NCBI GenBank assembly: GCA_965655095.1
Contig: OZ296648.1
Location: 154,194,001-154,258,000 of the forward strand
Origin: Haplodiscus bocki
Taxonomy: Eukaryota
Direction: 5' to 3'
Length of the DNA stretch: 64,000 bases
Below the pieces are notes generated by a model, which did not search any database, was not told where the DNA came from, and worked only from the letters and a program-made list of their open reading frames with translations. The first letter of the stretch is position 1; each line of letters opens with the position of its first letter. This document shows positions 50,971-62,365 of the stretch, in pieces. Made by a program: the position numbers and the translations under genes.

Positions 50971-51785
50971 GTTCCGGCAAATTAGTGCGGACATTGAATG
51001 GGGAAATGATGTACTGCGGGAAAAAAAGAAGAAAGAGTAAAACTATAGTCGCCCAAACCAAGCAAACAAGGCCAAACTACCCAAATTTTCACGTCCTGAT
51101 CCCGGACTCTTTCAAAATTCAAAAACCGATGTCGAAACTTTTGATGTAACCAACTTCGTAGAGATGTCAGATATCGAATTCAACCATACAAGTACAGAAC
51201 CCAACACATTTTTGAACTAGAAACCTCAGAAGTCTCCTCAAGTTGTCCTCTTCCCCAAAAAATGGACAAATTTGTCAGCTTTCAGTTTTGTACAGTATTT
51301 TTTAACAAAAATTGTTTTGTGGAATAAATCAACGTTCCGACTTTCCGTGTTCTAAAAAGACAAAATAGCAAGCTTTGCATTTGGTTGAAATTACACAGTG
51401 TAGCTGCTACATTAAAACTTACAGTTTCAAAGAATGTGACCACCAGAAAGTTGATCGAACACAGAAGTAGGGGAACGCGTAATAAAAGCAGTTCTTGATT
51501 GGAGCACATTTTGTACGTGTTTAAAAAAGCACTACTATCGCCGCCACAGATCAGCGAATATCTAATAACAAACCTTTTCTCAAATAGCAAGTTGAGAATG
51601 TCCTCTTATAAAAATTGGGGTTGCTGGAAAGTATTAGTTAATCCACCTCAACTTCACAAATGATTTACACAATAATAAATTTTCAAGGTTAGTTCCTACT
51701 GAACTTACGGAAAGTCAACAAAAATTAAGAATGTCTACGCTTATACATGTAGTTTGGGAAACTTGATTTTGTTCCAATTATGGAT

Positions 51786-51856
51786 GGGTCCTAAAAATTT
51801 GAAACAATGACCGCCCCTCCCCCCCCGTCGAAAGGCGGGCCGTTTTCCTTACTCTT
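51786..51856 (-). repeat. Right TIR of Polinton-2
   Basis: Inverted match to 36646-36710, followed by CTAATT TSD. Confidence 0.85.
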
Positions 51857-53676
51857 CTAATTCGTCCTTCGGCCCTTTTCTTCTCATTTCCATACTGGTT
51901 GTTTTGGCAGCTTTAAAAAAATTGAGACTTTTATGCCAAAAGCAGACTGTTAGCAATATCCGAGGGAAAAAACGTTGAAGTTTTCAGAACTTCGAGAGAA
52001 ACAGGAGGGCTCTATTGCTTTCGTTCTCTTTAATTTACGCACTAAACTGTGACATCTGTTCTTTTGAAGCTCTGAACTCCCAGTTTATTGCCGTTTCACG
52101 CCAATTTAATCTCTTTAAGATTTCTAGAAGGAAATTGGCTGTCTTTACTTGATCTGAAAAATTTCCGCCTTTACGTTACTTTCTGGAAAAGTATTTCGAA
52201 AGCCAGAAACTTTACTTCCTTCCCGAGTTCTTTGGTTAATGGAAAAAATCTTTTACTCAATTCTGGTGCTTGATCATCCCTCCTTCATAAACACTCAATC
52301 TGTACTCGATAGCAAAGTCAGTTTCAGGAATCAAATTGCACCTGGTTCCGCAGAAAACGGCCTCCTTGTTCTTTTCATTGGAAAAAACGTTTTCGGTGCC
52401 TAAACTTTTTGAACCTATGGTGAAATGCTCGCACTTAAATTTTCATTCACTAAGTACTGAAACATCAGCTTTTGAAAGTTTCTCGAAAGAACTCGAGAAT
52501 AATTTAGGCTATAATTTTGCCGAAGAAAGAGTTTCAAGGTATTTTCCGCCTTTTGGTTTTTCTGCTGAAAGAACCTAGAAAAATTGGGAAATTTTCGACT
52601 GAGTAGTTAGTTCTGCAAATGTAGTACATCCGATCAGTGCATCATGGCTCCCTAAACCGCATGAAGGAGGTGTAATAGTTGCATACTGTTGTCGAAGAAG
52701 TATTGGATTTTTGAAACTCTCGCCGAGAGGGCAGAACTCAAAATTTCTTCACTAGAAAAGTGAGACTTTATTCAATATTTGTCTTCATTTCCCGTCGAGC
52801 TCCAATCTATAGAAATATTGGTGCCTACGTATCGAGGACGTTTTTGCGGCGTTGAACGTGTTTATCTCTTGAACTTTTGAACAAAATTAACTGCGCGATT
52901 AACATTGAATTCTTATGAACATCCTCCAATACATTTTTTTGAAACGTGGCTGTTGTTGCCAGTGTTACCGTTCTGCAAGACCAATGAGTCCAAGGAAGTT
53001 CCTGGAAGAATGTTAGTGGAGAATTGCTCATTTTTGTACAATATGATCTGGGCTGAAGAACTTTCCCTCTGCGGGAAATTTCATAAAGCTATGTCTTTCA
53101 CCACAATATGTACAAACTACGTAAAGATTACGGTTTTAAAGTAACATAGTTTCGTAAGTTTTTCTTCATGACGAAAATTGCACCCTCTCGTTTGATTTAA
53201 AGTTGCTGCTGCGGGAACAAATGTTTCTTTCTCAGCCTGGAGTTGTTCCGTTCTGAGGATTTTAAAGTTTTTCAGCTAGAGTTCAGCTTGTGCAGATGCA
53301 ATGTCCTCTTGGGTAGCGTTGGGATTGCTTTAATTTTCTGGAAGATCTTTTCACTCGCAACCAGTGGGAAACACTAGTTCTGCCTTGTTTTTGGGCCAGG
53401 CGAGCGGAGCCATTCGCACAAGGACATGTCATAATAGATAGGCGAGCGGATTGAAGCCTATTCGCTCAAGAACACGTCAAAAAATATTCGTTTTCCTCCC
53501 GCCTGTGACATCCCGCTGCACTCTCTTTGTGAATTTAATGTTCCCTGTATATATCGGTGGGATTTATCTGCTTTTTGTGTAAACACAACGACGAGTTCAC
53601 AATCTACCAATTTCCAAGTTTTCGGCGAATTATTCACGGAAAAAAAATTAGGTTTACGGTTTCCTAGAAGGCATAG

Positions 53677-55355
53677 TGTCCTACCGGTTGCGCGAAGTGC
53701 TGGAGAACTCACGGTTTTGCCTCAAATGGGACGCTTTACTGTTGCTAGAGGGTTCCGCCTCGGTCCAATATGCTAGAAATGCACACAATTCTTCTACTCT
53801 ACGAAGTATCGGCTTAGTTGCTTGTTTGATCCGTTCGTCGCCTGACCTCAAAGAAAATTCAACATCGGGCGTTTTGCCTAATTTCGGCTCCGTTTCCGTT
53901 TCTTGTCTTGATCTTAGTTAGATAGGTTCTGAGGAACTATCAGATGTTTGCCTGCCAGTTCCAGTCTCTTCACCCATTAACTGGGAAAACTTTCGTACGT
54001 ATCGAAATATTGAATTTTGCCGAAGGTTTTGTTATAGCGAGTTGATAATCAAGGAGGGAGTACAAATGTACAAATCTAAATCTAGACCAATAGCATCAAT
54101 GCCAAGCTGAAAATTGTTTCATGGTTTTGACGTGCTCTCATTCATGTTCTATCTGGTTCTTCTACGGGTAGTCGCGCCTGGTCAGTTGTGTCTTAGTTGC
54201 GATCGTAATCAAACTACGTGACTATTTGGGTGCTTCTCTTTGGACATCATTTCTACACCCTACCTTCACACTAATTCCACTAGCACCAACTATCTACGTT
54301 ATTTGACGCATTTTTATATGGCAGCTTCTTCTGTAGTTTACTTTTCATGGATTTGACCGCATGGGTGATGTGATGGAAGCCTCAACAAAATAGATACTGT
54401 AATTAGTTCACAGCTGAAAGAACTACTTTACGTTGACTGTATTTGTTCAAGATGGCTGAAGTGAACTTATGTGCGGCTCACTGTAAATGATCGTGTATAA
54501 TTAGCACCGACTAAAAAATTGCATAAATCAACGTTGGTAATATCTTTAATACGAATTATAGCACTTCCTGAGCCTTTTTAAATAGATAACACTAAAGTGA
54601 GGTCTGCTAGAGCTCACTCTTAACAATGCATTTTCGCTGCAGTGAAATTTGAATATTCGAGAATTGGGTGTGGTACGGCTCTTTGTGATGATGAAATTTG
54701 ATGACTCTGAACTTTATTACGTTGTCAAGCTATGTGCGATGTGGATCACTTTAAATGAAGACTTTGATCAGACTGTAAATTTGGAGTGAGCTGTAGTTGA
54801 GCTCACTACATTAAACAAATGTCACAGTCACTACTACAAATTGCACTGAACTGATCAGTCATTCAGCTCACTTCCAATTGACAGACAGTTTTTAGCAGAT
54901 GCGGTGGTGATGTATGCTAGAATGGTAAAACTCACTCAGTACAACGGTTATCCTTTAGCACGGTTGTACTGCGCTTTAGAAAATTGTGTACTGCGGCACA
55001 TTCTAATTTATAATTTAAGTGTATTGCGATTATGACTGCGGTGAAGTGAGGAGTGTTATAGCACAATTTCGAATGTTTGTCAAATTTATGACTAAAGTGC
55101 GTAGCGTAGTATGAATAGCATCAAGTGGGGGGGGTTTAAGGTCACTCTTCACTTTTTTAAGTAGTACATAAACGCGTTCATAATGTTGAGTGGGAAATTA
55201 ATGGGAGATATTGACTTCTTACCGATTGTCTATTTTGCTGCCTATGTTCGTATGTATCAAGTGATGCTAGAGATACGTAAAGTCTGCATAAAAGGACATT
55301 AACTAATCTCACCACAAAAATATCCAGTGCGTATTTCCTTCTTGCGAGCATGACA
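53677..55355 (-). mobile_element. Solo LTR (1,679 bp; TGTC...GACA) of a third Gypsy-like family
   Basis: Inverted 4-bp termini; TSD CATAG (53672-53676) / CATGG (55356-55360); a reading frame (ATG 53977, ...DERIKQATKPILRRVEELCAFLA..., two stops) runs to the LTR end as in Gypsy-1. Confidence 0.7.
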
Positions 55356-57697
55356 CATGGGCTAAATTTTTGGGTCTAACGTCTACATTGGGCTTTGAAA
55401 AGCTAGAGTTTTTGCAGTTTTCGATGAAACTCTGTTCAGTTCAGCGGTCATTTGTGATATATTTGGCTTTTTTGATCGGTCAGTTTTCGTCAGAAAAGCT
55501 GAAATTTTCGAAGTTCTCGGATCAGATACGACCTTAACAAAATCCCAATGCATTTCCTAAACCTGGCAACCGTTTTCAGCAAACGCACTCGTAGGATCCG
55601 TTCGTTTATTGTTCAGCTGTTTTCGCAAGGTGGTAATTGATCGGGGCTGATATTTTCATTGGACAATACTTTTTCGACGGCCAATTTTGGGCGAGAAACT
55701 CCTGCTTTTTTCAGAGGACAAGTGTTTTTGTCGCACTTCTTTGGCCTAATGTTTCATGTATGGAAACCCACTGCTGGTTAGGCGATGGAATTTGAAGCTT
55801 AAGTTGCGATTAGTTCTTAGCCGAACGTGTCCTGATTTTCCTACATTTTTTTCCGAAAAAATGAGTCCACAAATGATTTTGTGCTTCATCTGAAATTCAG
55901 CGCATTCATCGTGCCTGAAAGTGATGCAAATTTTTCAAGTTGATCGACAAATTAGGCAATGTGTACAACAAAAGATTTTGAAGGAAGTTCTGACTCAGCG
56001 AATTTTTTTCGTGGATTTATTGCCGAAAGTTGTCAAATAATAAGCTTTCCTCCAGACTTGTCGACCCTTCGAGAGACTTTTTATCCGGTGGTACAAACAA
56101 TAAAAAAACTGGGCTTCGTGACGCTGCAGGGATTACCTGGGGAAGCAGTCCAGTGTTTTTCAGGGTACGTTCTGTCGTAGATAGGTGGTCTGGCCAAGGT
56201 ACTCTATAGATGTGGAGCAATTTTTTTCAATCGTTTTTGCGCTTTGCGATTATTTCACTTCGACTGTCAATACGTGGAAAATCGCGAAAATTTTTTTGGG
56301 CCGAGTTCTCTGAGAAAAATCGAGAAAACGAGGCTTTTTGGGAAGAAATTTTATATCCAGATTCGTATTCCTTCACTTAACGCCCTAGTTGTCAACTTTT
56401 GGAACCTTGCTGCTCTCAGACTGCATTTGCCAAAAAGCGGCTGGATTTGATTGACTTTTGAGATGACAAAGTTTTCTTTTTCAGCTACTTTTGTTTGAAG
56501 TTAGGATAGTTACCTTGGGCCTCCACGCGTATCTCTTGGTTGTTTTCTGCCTAATCTTTCAGGATTTTGCTACATGCTCTCTGGCATTGCGTAAGCATGT
56601 GGTCAGCGATGTAATCAAGAGGTTGAGTATCCTTGCGAGCATTGCGCTAAGCAACTTAGAGCCTGTTTTTTATTTTGGGCGACAAAGTGCTTAAGGTTTG
56701 GCAAAATGCTCAACATTCCAAAGTATTATTGTGGATTGCCTGTTTGATTTTGACATTCGTATATTGGTGGTATGTTTTTCGGTGTCAGTGTTAGATGCTA
56801 ATTGCATTTCAGGTGGTATGCTGTAATTCTTGTTTCTCTGGTAAATCTCATTGGGAGATGGGTTGGTAATTTAACTATCGGAGTCTAATATCTGGTCGTC
56901 CTTACTTCTACTTGTTCAACAGTTTGATTGGCTTTTGCCTTTCTTGTGGCTAAAATTTGTCAATTCCTGCGTCGTACTGTAACCAGACTTCATGAAGCTT
57001 CCGCATAGCCAACAACACCTTTCTGCTGTAATTGACGTCCCTGCTGCTAGTACAGGTTATTGATTTTTTTCAAGGGATTTAATATTATAAAACAATCAAG
57101 CTGCCAACTGGAAGCATCCCATGAAGTGAATAGGAGACATTTCTTTTCGGTGATATGTAATTAGTATAATTGAATTCTAGTTTTTGACATGCATTTATAA
57201 ATTATGCTCCAATTGCTTATGTTTATATTGTTTTTTAAAATTCATGGGACAGTTGACAAGTACGCAGGCTCTCCAGCGCATTGGGGCCCATCTTCTTTTC
57301 TTGGTTTCTGACTGCTTTATTCCATCTCATACTTTACGGGCATGATCTTCCATTGTGTATCTAAGCACGGTTCTTATACATTTATTTCAAGTAGAGGAAT
57401 GTATAGAGAATGAACCGATTGACACCTACTCAGAATAGATCCCGCTCCAGGGTTGCGTCATTATATGGACTCCATTTAGCTTTCAAAATAATGTTCGTAG
57501 GGTCCACTTCGCGTGAAGGTAACAGTAGTTTTACTGAAATCAAGGAACATGGATTTCACTACATGTTTCCCCCTTCCTTCAAGCGTCTTTTAACTTCCGT
57601 CTACTATTATATAGATTATATGTACCTCCTAGGGCAGATGTGGTGGCCCTCTATGCAAAAAATTTCCAAAGGTATTTTGAGGTTCCATTGGAAAAAA

Positions 57698-58215
57698 ATG
57701 CGATATCATGTCTTCCGAAAGGCGCCGGGTAGCAAACACCTATTCATTTGTGACTCACAGGCCAGTAACCTAAGCAGAGGCGTCCTGTACGTGATGCCAC
57801 TGCCCGAAGTAAGATTTCGATGAAAGGACTTCATACCACCCGAAGGAAAATTATTAGACTATCACTCTATTCTTTGTTTGTGACGACTGCTCCGACGGCG
57901 AAGTCCCGTCAACCCGCTCTCGTCAAATTGCTGAGAATTTACATGATATAGCCAATATTCTTGTCCCACAAATCAAGAACGTATTCCTTTTCCGAATAAG
58001 CCAACGACTTCACAATCCAAAACGCACAAGCAAGGTGAACGCTATTCTACAAAAGCTGATAGGAAGTTCCGAAGTATTTCAGAGTTCATTCAAGCTAGAC
58101 ACATCAAGCCGAACTGTATCGTACATCTTGACCCGGAGGGACTCAGAAACTTGAAATGACTAATCTTCGAAAGAATACTATACCGCAAATAAGACATGGA
58201 ACAAGACATTGTAAG
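57698..58215 (+). pseudogene. SGNH/GDSL esterase-like ORF
   Basis: KHLFICDSQA (GDS block I), DFIPP...TITLFFVCDD (GxND block III variant), KNVFLF, IVHLDPEGL (DxxH block V variant). Confidence 0.65.
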
Positions 58216-58272
58216 CACTGTTGAAGTTCTTGAGTGTGGAGTTGATCAAGCTGCGTCTGTGGGCACTTCCGA

Positions 58273-59250
58273 AATGTCCGAGCGAACTGACACTCAAGTC
58301 AGTTCTCTTATTTTTTCTCTCCACGGATACTATAAGGTTCCATAGGAATTCGAAAAAAAGCTGTTGTCCCAACAATTTGTCTCGAAAGCCAGTGGACAGA
58401 AACAATTCGAATCATGCGTGCCAAATGTGAGTCTTGTGAAAACGACGACAAAATATTCATCCTAAATGAATACATGTGAGTGCGTTTTGCACAAAACTAA
58501 CAAATGTACTGTATTCTAGGAAAGTCACTTGAGGATCCTGGTTGAATTGAAAGATAACCTCTTCATATGCAATGACTGCAAAAAGAAGAAAAGAAAATGT
58601 GAGATCGCGCCGAAAGACTGAACTCAACTCACTTACGAAGAACTCGACAACAAAGTTAAGAACTTTGCAAAATCCTTGGAAAGTGCTGGGGACAAATGGA
58701 AGTGAAAACGAAAATGATTAATCAATAAAGTGAAGATGATAGCAGCTAACAGCAAAGCCTCATTCGTAGATCAAGCAAAACACGGAGTCTCTACGAGAAG
58801 AGGAATATCCATTGATGAAAAGCCCGGTCGGAACCTCGGCATTTGGGTCAGAAGATAGCCGGGGGCAAGAGAAGAAAACGGTGGCGCAAGACTGAAGTGA
58901 GCACATTAGAGATCCACAGTATCCTCGAACGTCTTGGCCTTGAAGCCAAGCTCACAAAACTTTCCTAATAAGGCGAAACAATCCAGGGAATGGACTTCTC
59001 ACGATCATAACTCATCTAGAAAGTGACAAGAGGAATATCTCCTCGTCAAGTTAGCCAACAAATCAAAAGTATACAAGAAAGGCCTTCCTATTTTCGAAAG
59101 AGGACATGGCAAACGAACACAACGCCGTGAGCATAAGATGTGAAGTCAGAGCCAATTGCGGAGACCGCAGAGTCTCTTTAGAAAGGAAGATTGTAACTTC
59201 ATAAGCTCAACGGTGTTGTCAACGAAATTAGCTGACGTAATCGAAAAGCT
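58273..59250 (+). pseudogene. LINE ORF1 (PHD finger, coiled coil, RRM-like)
   Basis: Frameshifted C..C / CESC / HPK*IH / FICNDC PHD pattern (58360-58580); LDNKVKNFAKSLE coiled coil; RNLGIW...IHSILERLGLEAK RRM-like. Confidence 0.6.
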
Positions 59251-59259
59251 GACTTATAG

Positions 59260-60330
59260 AGACCACCTGAAACTACTGACATTCAACGTGACAAGTATCC
59301 TACGTTGGAAGTACACTACTCTCCAACGCCATACCCAAAACTAACTCTGATGCTGTCTGCTTTACTGAAAATTGACTCACCGAAGGCATCACAACGGAGG
59401 CTTGTTCCTCAAGCATCAGATCTGAAGATCAGATAGAACTTGCTCAGACGCAAAGTCAAAACATGCAGGAGTTCTTATGGTGGTGAAATCTTCCATGTGA
59501 CGCTATATTACCACTGTAAATCAGCAAAGAGCCAATACTAATCGACTCCTACGAACCCTTTCTGTTGGTTGCTTCAATATGCGACCCGTCATTGTCCCCT
59601 ACCGATGGTCCGTAAAAAACAAGGCATCTTTGATCCAGGAAATGACGGAATCAAGCTCAGCTGTAAGGGCAGATCCATTACCGGGGATATGGGTTCGCGA
59701 GGACCAACTGGTGGGCCCTAGACGTCAATGGTGAGGTTGAGCAGATTATCTTCGACAAATCATTCAAGCTCAGCTTTAGTCAGCACTTTCATGACTGCAG
59801 CTCCTAACAATAAGACGTTAATTTAAACAACGATGAGGGTCACATACTGAAGTGCGAGATGAACAAGATACTCGCAAAACATTACAACACGTCTGACCAC
59901 GATGGAAATACTACACTGTTGCATGTCTCACGCGAAGATTGGACTGCTTCAACTAAACAGAAAAAAAATGGTGCAAAAATACTTACTTGTAGCGTTTAGA
60001 GAACGCTGTGAACAAAAACCCATTTAATCCGTGCCGTTACATCAACATAAACGCACTAATACAAGCCTGGTATTCCGGGATGCGCGAGATAATGGAAGAC
60101 AACGTGAAAAACTACCACCATTGATAAATGAAATTTCTTTCTACATGCTGCAAAACCTGAGGACTAAAAGAAGATGGGAAAGCTTCCAACGCAGCTCAAA
60201 GTCTGTCCAACAAGCCGTTCAAGAATCAAGACCAGAGAGACGGAAACGGTTAAGCTAGAATTGTAAGTCACGCTACTTCAGGCGGATCCTCAATTAATTA
60301 CCTTGCTTGTATCATGAAGAACCCCGTCCT
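59260..60330 (+). pseudogene. LINE ORF2 5' part: apurinic-like endonuclease (APE), truncated before RT
   Basis: LKLLTFNVTSI; DAVCFTEN*L; YGG; TGD; TSDH (~59890-59900). Confidence 0.75.
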
Positions 60331-60370
60331 TCCCAGTCCGGTGTTTTAGAAAGAAAGAACTGTCGACACG

Positions 60371-61119
60371 AACAAGAGTGTGTTATTTTTCGCCGTTATA
60401 TGTAATATACAAGAGAAATTATTCATTCAGTAGGGTCGTTTTTCTTTTTTTTCAGACCAAAACTGCCAACTCTTTTTATTCAAAAATAAATGACAGCGGT
60501 AGGCTTAGGACAACAGCGTTCTCAAGCAGTAGGTTCGGGGTTCGAGTCACTGCCCTGCCAAAACTGTGAAACAAAAAATTTTCGACGGAAAATCTTGATA
60601 CTCCCCCCCCCTTATCCATAAACTTTTTGGCTACCGGAAATTTTCTGAAACACAGCACAGAAGGGTTCCCGTACGAAATTTTTTGGCACTGTGAGAAAAA
60701 ATTTCGACAGAAAATCGTGACATAACCCTCTGAAGGATAAAATTTTTCGATACCCGAAATTAGGGACACCCTGAAGGGTTGCCCTACGAAGTTTTTCGCT
60801 ACTGTGAGACAAAACAATTTTGACAGAAAATCGTGATACCCGCCCCCTCTCTTATCCCTAACCTTTTTCGGTACCAGAAATTTAACACAGAAAGGTTCCT
60901 CGACGATATTTTTCGGCATTGTGAGTCAAAAATTTTTCAACGGAAAATCGTGATACCTTTTTGCATAAAGTACAGAAATCAGTGGTCGAATTGATGTTTG
61001 TAAAAACTCTTTGAAAACTAATATCAAAACAGTTGTTTTGTTTTTAACCGTTTGCAAAAATTGATCAAAATATTTGTAGTTGGGCGGAAAATATGCCGGT
61101 GCTAGCCGGCCGTCTTGTT
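60371..61119 (+). mobile_element. Non-autonomous composite repeat: tRNA-like head + ~120-bp minisatellite + 3' GC hairpin
   Basis: B-box GGTTCGAGTC 60539-60548 with CCA at 60558-60560; tandem units start at 60563, 60688, 60801, 60918; hairpin GCCGG-TGCTAG-CCGGC 61095-61110; termini AACAAGA / TCTTGTT. Confidence 0.55.
60563..60960 (+). repeat. Minisatellite, ~113-125-bp unit, about 3.4 copies
   Basis: Recurring ACTGTGAGACAAAA..TTTCGACGGAAAATCGTGATAC...GAAGGGTT..CC.ACGA. Confidence 0.9.
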
Positions 61120-61439
61120 TACTATTTTATTCAACTGCGAGCTAGATAATGGAACCGTAAACTGAATTAAAATTGCTGAAGGTATAGCAGCATTATAAAA
61201 GTTGCGAGTAAATATTCTTATGTACATAATCTTGCTCCTAATGGCTTATGTGGAATATAAGTTTGGTGACAAAGACGTTGAATTAATTATTTGATGATGC
61301 TGTTGGTGACAATGATGACCAGTAATAATAGTACTAAAAACTGCAAATGAAATCACTCATCGGACCAATTTAACAAACTGAATCGATCATGACGTGGTTT
61401 TCTGAAAACAGCACCTTAGTTTTGACAAACTTCAGTGTT

Positions 61440-62365
61440 CGGACTCATCTTCCTTCAGGCTTGTTTTCTCGCACCAATACCGCAATCGCAAAAACTTCAT
61501 TTATTGAGGAGCGTTGGCCTAATGAACTTTCTTTTCTTTTCTTCATTGGAATCCTGATTGACCGCCAATGCCAGAATTGTTTGTGATATGGGCTCATCTC
61601 GATTTTCGGACTCTTGTTTTTCCAAAACAACTGACTTCATTTCTTCTTTCAAGGTGTCAATCCAAAGCTTTCTACTTGTTTTGGATTATTTCGTTGAAAA
61701 TCATTGATTTTATTCCGTGCGGTGGAATCCTGATGGATCAGAAATTTGAAAATGTGCTATTATTCTGGACATGCTTGGATATTCAAACTCATTCTTTTTC
61801 TCTGCTCTACCTGCTACGTTTTTCCATCAATGAGGCAATCGATCATTTTTTTTATTTGTTTCTAAATGTCATTAACATTGTTCTCTACATCGGAATTGGA
61901 ATGCTAATAGTCCATAAGTTGCAAAAGTGCTATTAATATAGACTTATCTTGATGTTCCATCTTATCCTTGTCGATAGCAACAGCTCTGAATTCTACTGTC
62001 AAGGTCAGAATTGATGGTGTTGTACTTTTAGATCACTTTTATCTTGAACAATCTCCTGTTTTGTTCTTCAGATTGGAATTCATTTGATTTTCATAGTTTG
62101 TCGATCTTCCGACTCAAAATTCTATAAAGTTACCGGCTTGAACTCTTCGGAAAAAATCTCCGTCAAAATTTTTTTGTCACAGATCGGTTTTCTTTTGAAA
62201 GTGATTTGGTGTGTATACGACCAATCTTCATTGCTCCCCATTGATGGTAAATATGGACGTGATACTGCGCCTCCTGTGAGATTTTTCTGAAAAGTTGCAA
62301 TTAACGAACACCCGGTTGCCATGGCTGGGCACTACCCTTCATTACTGCTCTTTGTTGAAGCCATG
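61440..62365 (-). pseudogene. Decayed ORF with weak ~170-bp internal periodicity (ankyrin-like?)
   Basis: ATCAGGATTCCA recurs at ~61550 and ~61725, with a weaker copy at ~61900; one unit reads TILALAVNQDSNE. Confidence 0.2.

Larger units (their letters stand above)
36646..51856 (+). mobile_element. Full-length Polinton/Maverick (Polinton-2), 15,211 bp, degenerate
   Basis: TIRs: left AGTAGTAAGGAAAACGGCCAGTCTTTCAACGGG..., right ...CCCGTCGAAAGGCGGGCCGTTTTCCTTACTCTT; 6-bp TSD CTATTT (36640-36645) / CTAATT (51857-51862); ATPase, INT, mCP, MCP, PRO and pPolB all present. Confidence 0.93.

Noticed and set aside
54277-54290. PBS-like TGGTGCTAGTGG on the minus strand
   Set aside because: Lies inside the TSD-bounded solo LTR, not after a CA terminus.
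60492-60560. tRNA gene
   Set aside because: Only a B-box and a partial acceptor stem; no convincing D or anticodon arms; embedded in a repeat.
60476-60919. 147-aa minus ORF with internal repeats
   Set aside because: Translation of the minisatellite; not a credible protein.
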